DNA of 64,000 nt, taken from assembly GCA_049625305.1 (NCBI GenBank), contig JBMZVD010000001.1, positions 5,365-69,364 on the forward strand. The letters are read 5' to 3'. Every line of letters begins with the position of its first letter. Positions within the stretch are counted from its first letter, which is position 1. Below the pieces are notes generated by a model. It was not told the origin of the DNA. It did no database searches and was given only the letters and a program-made list of their open reading frames with translations. Origin of the DNA: Flavicella sp. GTDB taxonomy: Bacteria; Bacteroidota; Bacteroidia; Flavobacteriales; Flavobacteriaceae. Positions 31,674 to 42,100 of the stretch are shown in pieces. The position numbers and the translations under genes were made by a program.

Positions 31674-31705
31674 ATTTTAAAAATTAACCGTTAAATACAA
31701 ATATT

Positions 31706-32389
31706 ATGACAACAAAAATTAAAATTCTTTTTATGGTAATCTTACTGAGTTTATTTCAATCTTGCTCTGAATTAGAAAGTGATAATCTCAATAAAAATGA
31801 GAGTCCTTTAAAATCGTATACACTCTCTAGAGATGTTAATGGAAGTTACACTTTGGAACAACATTTAAATGATGGTATAATCTCTAAAATAGTTCCCAAT
31901 CAAATTTTAAACGAAATTATATTTGAAGAAGGAAAAGATGATGTCATCACTCAAACTAGCATCACTCCTTCACAAAACAATGATGTTAGAATTGAATTTT
32001 TAACCGAAAATCATATACAAATTCCTGGTATTACAGTATACGAAAGTGACAAAGCAACAACTTATAACAAAACCACAAAAGACATCAATTATGTGAAAAG
32101 TTATGAAATGAAAATGATGCAAAATGGGTCATACGAATTAAAATACACATTAAAACAAGGATACTATCCAACTTATGAATACAACAAAGAAAAAGAGAGG
32201 CATCAGATTAGATTGAATCAAGGTGAAATCAAAGAAAACCAGACAAGCTTTTCAAAAAATTACATTAAATTTGAGGGTGAAAAATTGAACATCATTTTTG
32301 TTAGAAAATCTTTTATCAATTCCACCACTGAGATGAATAGAAGACAACTTGATTTTCCAGAACCACCAGAATTTGAAATTGCTGCTTAA
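31706..32389 (+). CDS. Hypothetical lipoprotein with two internal homologous repeats
   Basis: Lipobox LFQSC followed by acidic SELESD; repeats LKSYTLSRDVNGSYTL..L.DG and VKSYEMKMMQNGSYEL..L.QG. Confidence 0.75.
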   Translation: MTTKIKILFMVILLSLFQSCSELESDNLNKNESPLKSYTLSRDVNGSYTLEQHLNDGIISKIVPNQILNEIIFEEGKDDVITQTSITPSQNNDVRIEFLTENHIQIPGITVYESDKATTYNKTTKDINYVKSYEMKMMQNGSYELKYTLKQGYYPTYEYNKEKERHQIRLNQGEIKENQTSFSKNYIKFEGEKLNIIFVRKSFINSTTEMNRRQLDFPEPPEFEIAA

Positions 32390-32394
32390 AATTT

Positions 32395-34185
32395 ATGTTA
32401 CATCTCATATTGACTTTTGTATTGTTCACCTCAGCTTTTGCAAAAGACATATCTATAAATCATGAATACAAAGCCAGTTTTGTTGAAAACAAACTGGCTT
32501 CTTTTGATTTGTCTCAAGAAAAACAAAGTAAGGATTTAAAAAAATGGATTCTTAATTTGAAAAGTGTTGCCACAAAGAATCAAACAGAAAAAAAAGTATT
32601 GTTAGAATATTTTGAAATCTTAAAAATTGCTAAAAAACGTAACGAAAATAACATTCTCATTGATGTAAATGCTGAAATATCTGAAATACTATTGGATATA
32701 AACAGTTTTAAAAAAAGTTTGAATTATGCAAAAGAGGCATTAAAATATGCTGAAATCGAAAGAGATACGCTGGCTATCATTGAAAGAAATATCAAAATTG
32801 GAAAAATACACTACAAACTTTACAATAAGAATAAGATAAAGTACGCTAATCAATTAGACAGCCTCTATTACTACAATAAAGTTGCCGATGAAATCATTGG
32901 AAACAATACAAAATACCTAAAACAAAAAGGTAAAATATACAGCAGCTATTCTGTAGTTAGTCTCTTAAAAAAAGATTACACAACCGCTCAAAAAAATAAT
33001 TTAAAAGCTTTAGAAATCAATATTCAAAACAATGATACAGTTTCTCAAATTATCAATTTAAATACACTCGCAGGAAACTATATCAAACAAAAAGACTTTG
33101 AAAAAGCTGTTTTTTATTACAAAAAATCATTAGAATTAATAGGAAAAGATAAGAACAAAAAAGAGAGTGAACTCAAAAGGATGGTATCCTCAAACATAGC
33201 CTGGGCTTACTACAATCTAAAAAACCATATAAGTTACGAATACCTTTACAAGTCATTCAAAATTGATGATAGTTTGAGAAATGAGGAGTTTAGGGCAATT
33301 ATAACTGAAATTGAAGCCAAACACAATGTCGATATCATTCAACAGAATGCAGACAAAAAAAGAATTATTGAAGTTCAACAAAAGGAAAAATTTCAATTAT
33401 GGACTTTTATCCTTGCTATTTCAACACTATTAATAACTTACTTTTTTTGGATTTATTCTAAAAATAGTAAGCTTAAAAATGAAAACAAGGATTTAATGCT
33501 CGTTAAAGCAGGTTTGGAAAAACAAAAAGAAATAGAACTTTTAAAATCAGAACATCAAACAAAAGTTCTGAATGCTACCTTAGACGGTAAAGAAGTTGAA
33601 CGAAGAGACATAGCTGAAACACTTCACAATAATGTAAGTGTGCTTTTATCAGCGGCAAATTTGCACTTACAAGCCTCTATCAATAACTCAAAAGAAAAAA
33701 CTGATGACATCATCAAAACTCAAAAAATCATAGATGAAGCATCTAGTAAGATTAGAAATCTTTCACATGAACTGATTTCGTCTGTACTCTTGAAATTTGG
33801 GTTAAGTTACGCAATACAAGATTTTTGTGAAAAACTTTCAAATTCGGAGCTAGAAATTATTTGCAAAATCAACTCCATTAAAAGGTACCCTCAAAACTTT
33901 GAAATAAAAATAAACAGCATGATTGAGGAACTAGTCAATAATATAATCAAACACAGCAAAGCCAAACATGGATATATTTCAATTCATGAAAAAGGAAATC
34001 AACTTAATGTTGAAGTTTTTGATGACGGTATAGGGTTTGACACGCAAATTAATAGATATAAGAAAGGAATTGGAATACAACAAATCGAAGCTAGAATCAT
34101 GATAATGAAAGGTACTTTTAAACTAAATTCTGCTGTTAATGAAGGAACAAAAATAAATTTCAAAGTACCTATTCCTAATAAATAA
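32395..34185 (+). CDS. TPR-containing membrane sensor histidine kinase (HisKA_3 type)
   Basis: Signal sequence, TPR-like helices, TM LWTFILAISTLLITYFFWIY, ERRDIAETLHNN H-box, EELVNNIIKHS, DDGIGF, GIG. Confidence 0.9.
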   Translation: MLHLILTFVLFTSAFAKDISINHEYKASFVENKLASFDLSQEKQSKDLKKWILNLKSVATKNQTEKKVLLEYFEILKIAKKRNENNILIDVNAEISEILLDINSFKKSLNYAKEALKYAEIERDTLAIIERNIKIGKIHYKLYNKNKIKYANQLDSLYYYNKVADEIIGNNTKYLKQKGKIYSSYSVVSLLKKDYTTAQKNNLKALEINIQNNDTVSQIINLNTLAGNYIKQKDFEKAVFYYKKSLELIGKDKNKKESELKRMVSSNIAWAYYNLKNHISYEYLYKSFKIDDSLRNEEFRAIITEIEAKHNVDIIQQNADKKRIIEVQQKEKFQLWTFILAISTLLITYFFWIYSKNSKLKNENKDLMLVKAGLEKQKEIELLKSEHQTKVLNATLDGKEVERRDIAETLHNNVSVLLSAANLHLQASINNSKEKTDDIIKTQKIIDEASSKIRNLSHELISSVLLKFGLSYAIQDFCEKLSNSELEIICKINSIKRYPQNFEIKINSMIEELVNNIIKHSKAKHGYISIHEKGNQLNVEVFDDGIGFDTQINRYKKGIGIQQIEARIMIMKGTFKLNSAVNEGTKINFKVPIPNK

Positions 34186-34204
34186 AAATAAAATGACATT
34201 TTTT

Positions 34205-34232
34205 TGTAACATTATGAAAACTATTTGCGTAT
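34205..34232 (+). promoter_or_regulatory. ECF-sigma-like promoter upstream of rpoD
   Basis: TGTAAC (34205-34210), 17 nt, then CGTAT (34228-34232). Confidence 0.45.
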
Positions 34233-34288
34233 ATGTATATGTAACATTAGCTGAGACTCAACTCTTCTTCTAGTTACAAATTAAAAAT

Positions 34289-35152
34289 ATGAGACAACTT
34301 AAGATCACCAAGCAGGTTACAAACAGAGAAACTGCATCACTAGACAAGTATTTACAAGAAATAGGAAAAGTTGATTTGATTACAGCTGACATGGAAGTTG
34401 AATTGGCTCAGCGTATCAAGGCTGGAGACCAAGTTGCTTTGGAAAAATTGACCAAAGCCAACTTACGATTTGTGGTATCTGTAGCAAAACAATATCAAAA
34501 TCAAGGACTCACATTGCCCGATCTCATCAATGAAGGGAACTTAGGTCTGATCAAAGCAGCCAAGCGATTTGACGAAACTCGTGGATTTAAATTTATTTCT
34601 TATGCTGTATGGTGGATTCGTCAATCTATTCTACAAGCACTTGCAGAACAATCGAGAATCGTTCGTTTACCTTTAAATAAAATTGGTTCGATCAATAAGA
34701 TCAATAAAATGTACGCTTTCTTAGAACAAGAAAACGAAAGACCTCCTTCTGCAGAGGAAATCGCTAAGAAATTAGACATGACTGTAAATGACGTAAAAGA
34801 GTCTATGAAAAATTCAGGACGTCATGTATCAATGGATGCTCCATTGATTGAAGGAGAAGATTCCAATCTATACGATGTACTGAACTCTGGAGAATCACCA
34901 AACCCTGATAAAAACTTGTTACACGAATCTTTACGTGTAGAAATTGAAAGAGCACTTGAGACGCTTACTCCAAGAGAGGCGGATGTAGTAAAGCTATATT
35001 TTGGACTTGGAGAGCACCAACCAATGACTCTTGAAGAAATTGGTGAAACTTTTGATTTGACACGTGAACGTGTTAGACAAATTAAAGAAAAAGCAATCAG
35101 AAGACTCAAACATACATCGAGATCAAAAATTTTAATGACCTACTTAGGATAG
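34289..35152 (+). CDS. rpoD: Bacteroidota-type primary sigma-70 factor (short, lacks region 1.1)
   Basis: [48 protein letters not shown]; 287 aa. Confidence 0.95.
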   Translation: MRQLKITKQVTNRETASLDKYLQEIGKVDLITADMEVELAQRIKAGDQVALEKLTKANLRFVVSVAKQYQNQGLTLPDLINEGNLGLIKAAKRFDETRGFKFISYAVWWIRQSILQALAEQSRIVRLPLNKIGSINKINKMYAFLEQENERPPSAEEIAKKLDMTVNDVKESMKNSGRHVSMDAPLIEGEDSNLYDVLNSGESPNPDKNLLHESLRVEIERALETLTPREADVVKLYFGLGEHQPMTLEEIGETFDLTRERVRQIKEKAIRRLKHTSRSKILMTYLG

Positions 35153-35163
35153 GTACCTTTTCT

Positions 35164-35196
35164 AAAAAACACTCGGTTAACTTCGAGTGTTTTTTT
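35164..35196 (+). terminator. Intrinsic terminator after rpoD
   Basis: aaaaaacactcg...cgagtgtttttt. Confidence 0.85.
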
Positions 35197-35244
35197 ATTC
35201 CTTCTTAAATAAAATTCAACCTATTAATTTTCAACACACAAGCA

Positions 35245-35901
35245 ATGAGTAAACTAATTGCCCCTTCAGTACTTGCAGCTGATTTTGCAAACCTACAGAG
35301 AGACATTGAAATGGTTAATAATAGTGCAGCCGATTGGTTTCATATCGATGTCATGGATGGTGTTTTTGTACCTAACATTTCTTTTGGAATGCCTGTAGTA
35401 AGTGCAATTAAAAAACATGCTAAAAAAACAATGGATGTACATTTGATGATCGTCAATCCTGATCAGTACATTGACACATTCAAAAATATAGGAGCCGATA
35501 TACTAACGGTACACTACGAGGCATGTACACACTTACATCGAACATTACAAGCCATCAAAGCTGCTGGAATGAAAGCTGGAGTTGCTTTGAATCCACACAC
35601 GCCTATAGCTGTTTTGGAAGATGTCATAAACGATATTGATATGGTGTGTATTATGAGTGTAAACCCTGGTTTTGGTGGACAATCATTTATTGAAAACACT
35701 TACAAAAAAGTAAAACAACTAAAACACTTAATTGAATTTAGCGAAGCAGAAACATTGATTGAAATTGATGGAGGTGTAACTGATAAAAACGCCAATCAAT
35801 TGATTGAAGCAGGAGCTGATGTATTAGTTGCAGGAAGTTATGTTTTTGGAAGCGAAGACCCTACAGCTACTATTGCCGATCTAAAAAATATAATTTCTTA
35901 G
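35245..35901 (+). CDS. rpe: Ribulose-phosphate 3-epimerase
   Basis: IAPS, HIDVMDG.FVPN, DVHLM, MSVNPGFGGQ, IDGG, VAGS. Confidence 0.97.
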   Translation: MSKLIAPSVLAADFANLQRDIEMVNNSAADWFHIDVMDGVFVPNISFGMPVVSAIKKHAKKTMDVHLMIVNPDQYIDTFKNIGADILTVHYEACTHLHRTLQAIKAAGMKAGVALNPHTPIAVLEDVINDIDMVCIMSVNPGFGGQSFIENTYKKVKQLKHLIEFSEAETLIEIDGGVTDKNANQLIEAGADVLVAGSYVFGSEDPTATIADLKNIIS

Positions 35902-35931
35902 TTTATCTAAGTATTAAAATTTATAAAAATT

Positions 35932-35964
35932 AAAATGGGAATTCGATTTCGAATTCCCATTTTT
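35932..35964. terminator. Bidirectional terminator at the core/PUL boundary
   Basis: aaaatgggaattcga...tcgaattcccatttt inverted repeat. Confidence 0.85.
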
Positions 35965-35985
35965 CGTCCTATTACTATCGGGGAG

Positions 35986-37602
35986 TTACTCTTCCTCTGC
36001 AGAGAAAGAAGTAGTGTATTGCGCTTCGCAACTATCAATTATATATTGGCCATTTTGAGAGGTCGCACCTCCTCCAATAAACCACATTAATTTCAATTCA
36101 TCTCCTGAAATTTGTGTCATATCCAACAAAACATTGCTCACTTTACTTGGAATTCTTGTTGCCCAAGCTGACCTTGTTGGCCATCTTACATCATCATTAT
36201 CCATGACAACGTTCCAATTAGAAATATCAAAACTACCGGATTCCAAATCAGTTGTGTTGGTTCCTATATAAAACCCTCTCGTGTAAGTAGTACCCACAAA
36301 AGCGTCATTGTAACCAAAAGCTTCTTCAAAGGAAACTCGCAATCCTTTTACTGATGATATGTCGATGGTTTTCACCAAATAATAATCTTTCAAACCTGGG
36401 TTTACAATTCGAATACCTTCAATCGTTGGTAGATTGTCTTTGGTAATAACAGCCTTAGACCATCCTCCGGATCCACTTCCGATTGCATAACCTGCATAGT
36501 CTGGATAAACCGTATTTCCTGGGATGATTTGCCCAGTCTTTGAGTCGTCAAAAGTATCATCAAATAAATTATCAGTCATCCATCTTTCTTCCACGTTCAA
36601 TTGTAACTTATTTGAAAAGGTAAATGAAGTTCCTCCTGAATTGGTAGCCGTAAATCCTATCATATGACTCCCAACTGGTAAATTTGCATCAGCCTCAATA
36701 CTCATACTTCCCTGTGTATCTATACTAAACAACGAAGCATAATCACTTAGTTCTGAAGGCAATACAATTCCCCAGCCTCCACTGGCCTCCATATCTGTCA
36801 GTTTCGGTACTGAACTTGTATATGCCGTGTATGGAGAAAGTGTAACTGCTGTTAAAGGTGTCTCACCGTCTTGTTGATACAAATCTAATGTTGGAGGTAA
36901 TCCTACTTTAACGTTCAACAGATCAACGAACAACTTAGACCCTAAATTTGTCGTAGCAATGACTGATATTTTATTTTCTCCAGTAATAGCATCGGTATTC
37001 TTCGTGATAGCTCCAGTCGAAGCATCGATAGAAAAACCTAAAGGAGCTTCTTGTAAACTATACGTGATTGTATTGATCAGGTTTTCAGCTGAACTATCCA
37101 TTGCTGATACTGTAGCTACAACCCCTTCTTCAAATACACCCGCCTCCACAACGGCATTGTCTACATTTAAAGTAACCGGTACAGGCAAGATTGAAAACCG
37201 AACTGCTTTATCGTGCACCGCTATCCCATTGGAATTGAACATACGAATACTGATATCGTATACTCCGTCTGAAAGAGAACCAAATTGATTGTTGTAATAT
37301 ACCACTCCTGTTAACTTGTCAATACCAAAACTAATTGGAACATAAGTACTTCCACCAGATGCTAAAATTGTATCCATCGCAAACCCATAGACTCCTGAAA
37401 CTTCAAAACTTGGCGCCTCACTAAAAATAGTATCTTTCAAAGGATACGAAATAACGTCTTGATATATAAGAGAGCCATCGTTGCCCTTTAAAATAACCTG
37501 TTCATACCTTTGATAATCGAGTTCTATACGCTCCTCACATGCACTTACTATCAATCCTAAAATAAATATATAGGCTAATCTTTTTACAACTTTTGCTTTC
37601 AT
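35986..37602 (-). CDS. Surface glycan-binding lipoprotein (SGBP-like) with Ig/cadherin-like repeats
   Basis: Lipobox IVSAC; directly downstream of susD; three F.ID..(T)G repeats and an aromatic-rich C-terminal domain. Confidence 0.75.
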   Translation of the reverse strand: MKAKVVKRLAYIFILGLIVSACEERIELDYQRYEQVILKGNDGSLIYQDVISYPLKDTIFSEAPSFEVSGVYGFAMDTILASGGSTYVPISFGIDKLTGVVYYNNQFGSLSDGVYDISIRMFNSNGIAVHDKAVRFSILPVPVTLNVDNAVVEAGVFEEGVVATVSAMDSSAENLINTITYSLQEAPLGFSIDASTGAITKNTDAITGENKISVIATTNLGSKLFVDLLNVKVGLPPTLDLYQQDGETPLTAVTLSPYTAYTSSVPKLTDMEASGGWGIVLPSELSDYASLFSIDTQGSMSIEADANLPVGSHMIGFTATNSGGTSFTFSNKLQLNVEERWMTDNLFDDTFDDSKTGQIIPGNTVYPDYAGYAIGSGSGGWSKAVITKDNLPTIEGIRIVNPGLKDYYLVKTIDISSVKGLRVSFEEAFGYNDAFVGTTYTRGFYIGTNTTDLESGSFDISNWNVVMDNDDVRWPTRSAWATRIPSKVSNVLLDMTQISGDELKLMWFIGGGATSQNGQYIIDSCEAQYTTSFSAEEE

Positions 37603-37604
37603 AA

Positions 37605-39128
37605 TTAGTCGCTAATTTCTTGGTTCATATTAATTTCAGAAGCTGGAAAAGGTAATTTCATTATAGTTGCTTCATTAGTATCCAAAGTCACATCCACATC
37701 GGAATTAAATTTTGAATATTCATTATGTGGAGTAACAACGGCATTCATAAAGTAATCATAACCTCTTCTCCTATTGTTAAACCAATCCTGTCCTTCCATT
37801 AACAATTCAAATTGGTATTCTTTCATAATAGCCATTCTAAACTCATCTTGTGTACCGAGATACCCTTGATGTGGAAATAACCCATTACGTTGCAATACCT
37901 CATTAACGTATTGCAAAGCATCGCCATTTTGCAATTCATTAGTTATTTCTGATAACATAATGAGTAAGTCAGCATAACGATACAAAATAACATTTCTATT
38001 CCCCTCAGTTATTGTGTTATCAGGGTTTTTAGACCCTAATTTTCTCAAGTAAGGAAACCCTGAATTAAAAGTTCTTCTTTGTGGGTTTGCCGGATAAGCT
38101 TTAAGAGGTTTGCCGTTGTGTTGTTGCGTGTACTCAGATATATAAATCGTTGCTAGTCTAGGATCACCAGGGTAAGTAGCTTCGTGTAAATCATATACAT
38201 CTGCATTGACTTTTAAAAATCCAAAGGTAGCTGCCTTAGTATAATTATTAGGCGTGTAAGCTCTTTTAAAATCACTAGATGCTCCCAAAGTATATTGCAA
38301 TTCAAAAATAGATTCTGAGGTATTGTCTCCGGTAGCCTCATCAAACAAATCTGCATACTCGGAAACTAGTTCATATTTTTGGTAGAGTCTTATTGCCGCA
38401 TCGTGAGCCAACTGCCAATAGTTGAATTCGGAATTTTGTAATTCTGAAGGAGCTGTCGCTAGAGTCATATAGACTTTTGCAAGCAACATGTAGGCAGCAT
38501 CACCCTTAGGGTATCCGACTCCTAAAGCTCCACTCATCAAATCAGTTGCTGTTTGTGTATCTTGTATGATCTGATCGTATATGATTTTTTGTGATGTTTT
38601 TCCAACTTGAACAGTTGTGGCGTCAATAGGTGTCAATCGCAAAGGCACATCTCCCCAAAAACGCACCAAATTAAAATAGGAAAATGCTCTTAAAAAAAGT
38701 GCTTGCCCCACAATTTCATTGCTTTTAATTTGGTCGTCATTTACCGGATTATCATAGGTTTCTCCAAAAGAAATAATTGTATTCGCTCTCTCAATAACTA
38801 TATACATACCAAACCATGTATTTTCAAGATAGGTAGCAGCACTTGTTGGTTTTAATGCACATAAAGTCGTGTTATCTGCATTAGTATTCGTATTGCCCCC
38901 TCTTCTCGTAACTCCAAATCCAGAGCCCATATTGTTCAAATAAAAAAACTGACTCCCTATATAATTGTATCCTGCCATGGCTTCATAAACACCATCCAAT
39001 GCAGCCTCCATATTGGAAGTGGAAGAAAAAACAGTTTCGTTCACCAAAAAAGGAGATTCTTCTTTTAAATCGCATCGACTCGTGACCAAAGCAAGAAAAA
39101 GCATAAGCAGTATTCTGTAATTTTTCAT
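37605..39128 (-). CDS. SusD/RagB family lipoprotein
   Basis: Lipoprotein Cys; GQALFLRAFSYFNLVRFWGDVP, LLAKVY, ESIFELQY, RYAD, ELLMEG motifs. Confidence 0.95.
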   Translation of the reverse strand: MKNYRILLMLFLALVTSRCDLKEESPFLVNETVFSSTSNMEAALDGVYEAMAGYNYIGSQFFYLNNMGSGFGVTRRGGNTNTNADNTTLCALKPTSAATYLENTWFGMYIVIERANTIISFGETYDNPVNDDQIKSNEIVGQALFLRAFSYFNLVRFWGDVPLRLTPIDATTVQVGKTSQKIIYDQIIQDTQTATDLMSGALGVGYPKGDAAYMLLAKVYMTLATAPSELQNSEFNYWQLAHDAAIRLYQKYELVSEYADLFDEATGDNTSESIFELQYTLGASSDFKRAYTPNNYTKAATFGFLKVNADVYDLHEATYPGDPRLATIYISEYTQQHNGKPLKAYPANPQRRTFNSGFPYLRKLGSKNPDNTITEGNRNVILYRYADLLIMLSEITNELQNGDALQYVNEVLQRNGLFPHQGYLGTQDEFRMAIMKEYQFELLMEGQDWFNNRRRGYDYFMNAVVTPHNEYSKFNSDVDVTLDTNEATIMKLPFPASEINMNQEISD

Positions 39129-39139
39129 CTCTTTATTTT

Positions 39140-42100
39140 TTAAAAATTAACATTTACCCCAAACAAAAAAGTACGCGTATTTGGAAAACCATTCCAATCT
39201 ACTCCGAGAATATTTCCATTATTTAAAAAATTAGTAATCTCAGGATTATAACCGCTATAGCCTGTAAAAGTCCAAAGATTAATTCCCGACATATAAATAT
39301 TTAATTTACTAATGGCACCTGTAATTGGCACATCATAACCTAAGGTGACATTACTGATTCTAAAATAACTCCCATCCTCAATGATTCTATCTGTAATTGC
39401 AATAGCATTCTGTTCTTTGTTATATCCTATTCTAGGATAACTATTGGATGGGCGATCTTCACGCCATGCATTGTGATAAGCTGCTGCTAAAATATTTCCT
39501 CCATTTCCTTCAGGTGAGGTAATGCGTAACAAATTACCATTGGCTATATCATTTCCTGCTACACCATTCATCAATACATTTAGATTGAATCTCTTATATT
39601 TCATATCAACGGTCAAGCCATATATATAATCTGGATTAGGATTTCCTATAATTGTTCGGTCCTTGGCATCGATAACACCATCGGGAGCATCTGCAATTCC
39701 ATCGTTGTCGGTATCCTCTGTCAGCTGATCTATTATTTTTATATCACCAACTTGAGAATCTGCAACTGATATAGCATCTCCTTGTTGGTAAATCCCATCT
39801 GTTTGATAACCGTAAAAAAGACCAACTTCTTCTCCTTTTATAAATATATTAGCAGGGGCCTTAAAATAAGTTCCTGTTGATATATTATCCCCGAGATAGT
39901 AGGATTTATTTTGAAGACGTCCTTCTAACAATACTTTAGAATCTGGAATCCCCAAAGAAGTAATTTTACTTCGGTTGAAGGCTATGTTACCACCTACATC
40001 CAAACGAAAAGACTCTTTATTCACTAATGCTCCATTCAAAGAAAACTCAAGCCCTTTATTAATTAAGCTTCCTCTATTTATAAGCATCGTTCTATAGCCA
40101 GTAGATTTAGGTAAGCTAATCGTTTGAAGTAAGTCCTTAGTATCCTTATAATAAGCATCCACTGTTCCTCGTAAACGATTGTTTAAAAAACCAAAATCAA
40201 CTCCAATATTTACTTGCTCAGTCGTTTCCCATTTTAAATCTTTATTGGGTATGTTCAAAGACGAAAAAGAGACAGCAGTCGCCTCATCACTTGTTGCATA
40301 AAGTCCTGCTCCGTAATTTTGGTTGGTTTGATAAGCAGCTATGGACTGGTTTCCTATACGTCCCCAACCTGTTCTCAATTTTAACTCGTTGACAAATGAA
40401 CTGTTCTGTAAAAAGTTTTCTTTATGCAACTTCCAAGCAAAAGATCCAGAAGGGAAAAAGCCATATTTGTTGTTGCCCTGAAATTTAGAAGAACCATCTA
40501 CCCTAAAACTTGTCGTGAATATGTATTTATTTCGAAGTGTATAATTGACCCTTCCCAAATAAGACAATAATTTTGTTTTTGATATCAAAGCCTGAGTGGG
40601 TCTTGTTACCAATTGAGCAAAAACTGGTTGTACATTGCCAAAATCTACAGTTGCAAAATTAGCCATTTCATACACCTGATTGTTATTGTTACGAACGTCA
40701 TAGGTAATACCCAAAACGGCATTGAAACGGTGTTTTCTGTTGAATGTCTTGTTGAATTGTAATAAGTTATTGACTTGATAGGAAATAGCATCTAAATTAG
40801 ACACTGCAAGCAAACCATTATTAGCAGAACCTTGATATGTTGTCAAACCATAAAAACGTCTACGTTCTTTGTTTCTCATATTTCCTCCTACTTGAATTTT
40901 ATATTTGAGGCCTTCTATAGGTAGTGAATAAGTTAATGCCATGTTACCAAAAAATCGACTTTCCTTAGATACATCTTCAAAATCATCTATCCATGAGTAT
41001 GGATTAGAAGGACGTAAATTATCTGTCAATCCATCATCAGTTCTACCGACTACTGGATCGTATCTCAGTATATTAGAAATGAAGCTTCGTTGACCACTTG
41101 TTCTTTCTCCATCTTGAGCAAATTCTCCCTCCGCATAAAAACCACTCAGACGTATATTTAATTTTAATTTTTCTGTGACTTGCTGTGACAAATTAACACG
41201 AACGTCACCATTTTGAAATAATGAATTCTCTACGACACCACCTTGACTGTTGTAGCCAGTTGAAATATAAAAATTCCCATTTTCAGAACCTCCACTAAAT
41301 GAAAGTCCTACGTTAGAACTGATTCCTAATTGGTATATTCTATCTTGCCAATTGACTTGCTCTAGAGGTTCAGTGTCATTGACTCCTTCAGAAATAGCAT
41401 ATATATCTCCGTTTTCAATATGGTACAATGGACTGTTTCCAACCAAGAGATTGCTTTCGTTTCTGTAACGAGCGTAATCTATAGGATTCAACATATCAAA
41501 ACTTTTTGTCAATTCAGAAACTGAAGTTGTAGAATAGGAATTGATATTCATTTTTCCACGTGTTCCCTTCTTTGTCGTGATTAAAACAACTCCGTTGGCT
41601 CCACGTGATCCATAAATTGCTGTTGCAGAAGCATCCTTTAACACCTCCATACTCTCAATATCTCTTGGATTAATACCATTCAAACCGTTTTGACTTTCTT
41701 GGTAAGAATTACCGTCATCAGAACCTCTAGCTGCATCTTCTCCTGCGGATGAGATAATAACACCATCAACAACATACAAAGGTTCGTTGTTTCCCCTCAA
41801 GCTACTCGCACCTCGAATACGTACACTAATACCACCTCCAGGTTGTCCGTTTTGAATTACTTGCACACCTGCAGCACGACCTTGAAGCAATTGATCGACA
41901 GTTGAAGATTGTCTAGAAACGTTCTCCTCTACTTTTACAGTAGAAACAGAACCTGTTAAGTCACTTTTTAAAACCGTACCGTAACCAATAACAACTACCT
42001 CTTCCAATAAATTCCCATCAACAACCATTGCTAAATTATAAAAAATAGCATTGGTCAAGGGAACTTCTTTAGTTAGATAACCAGTATACGAAAAGACTAG

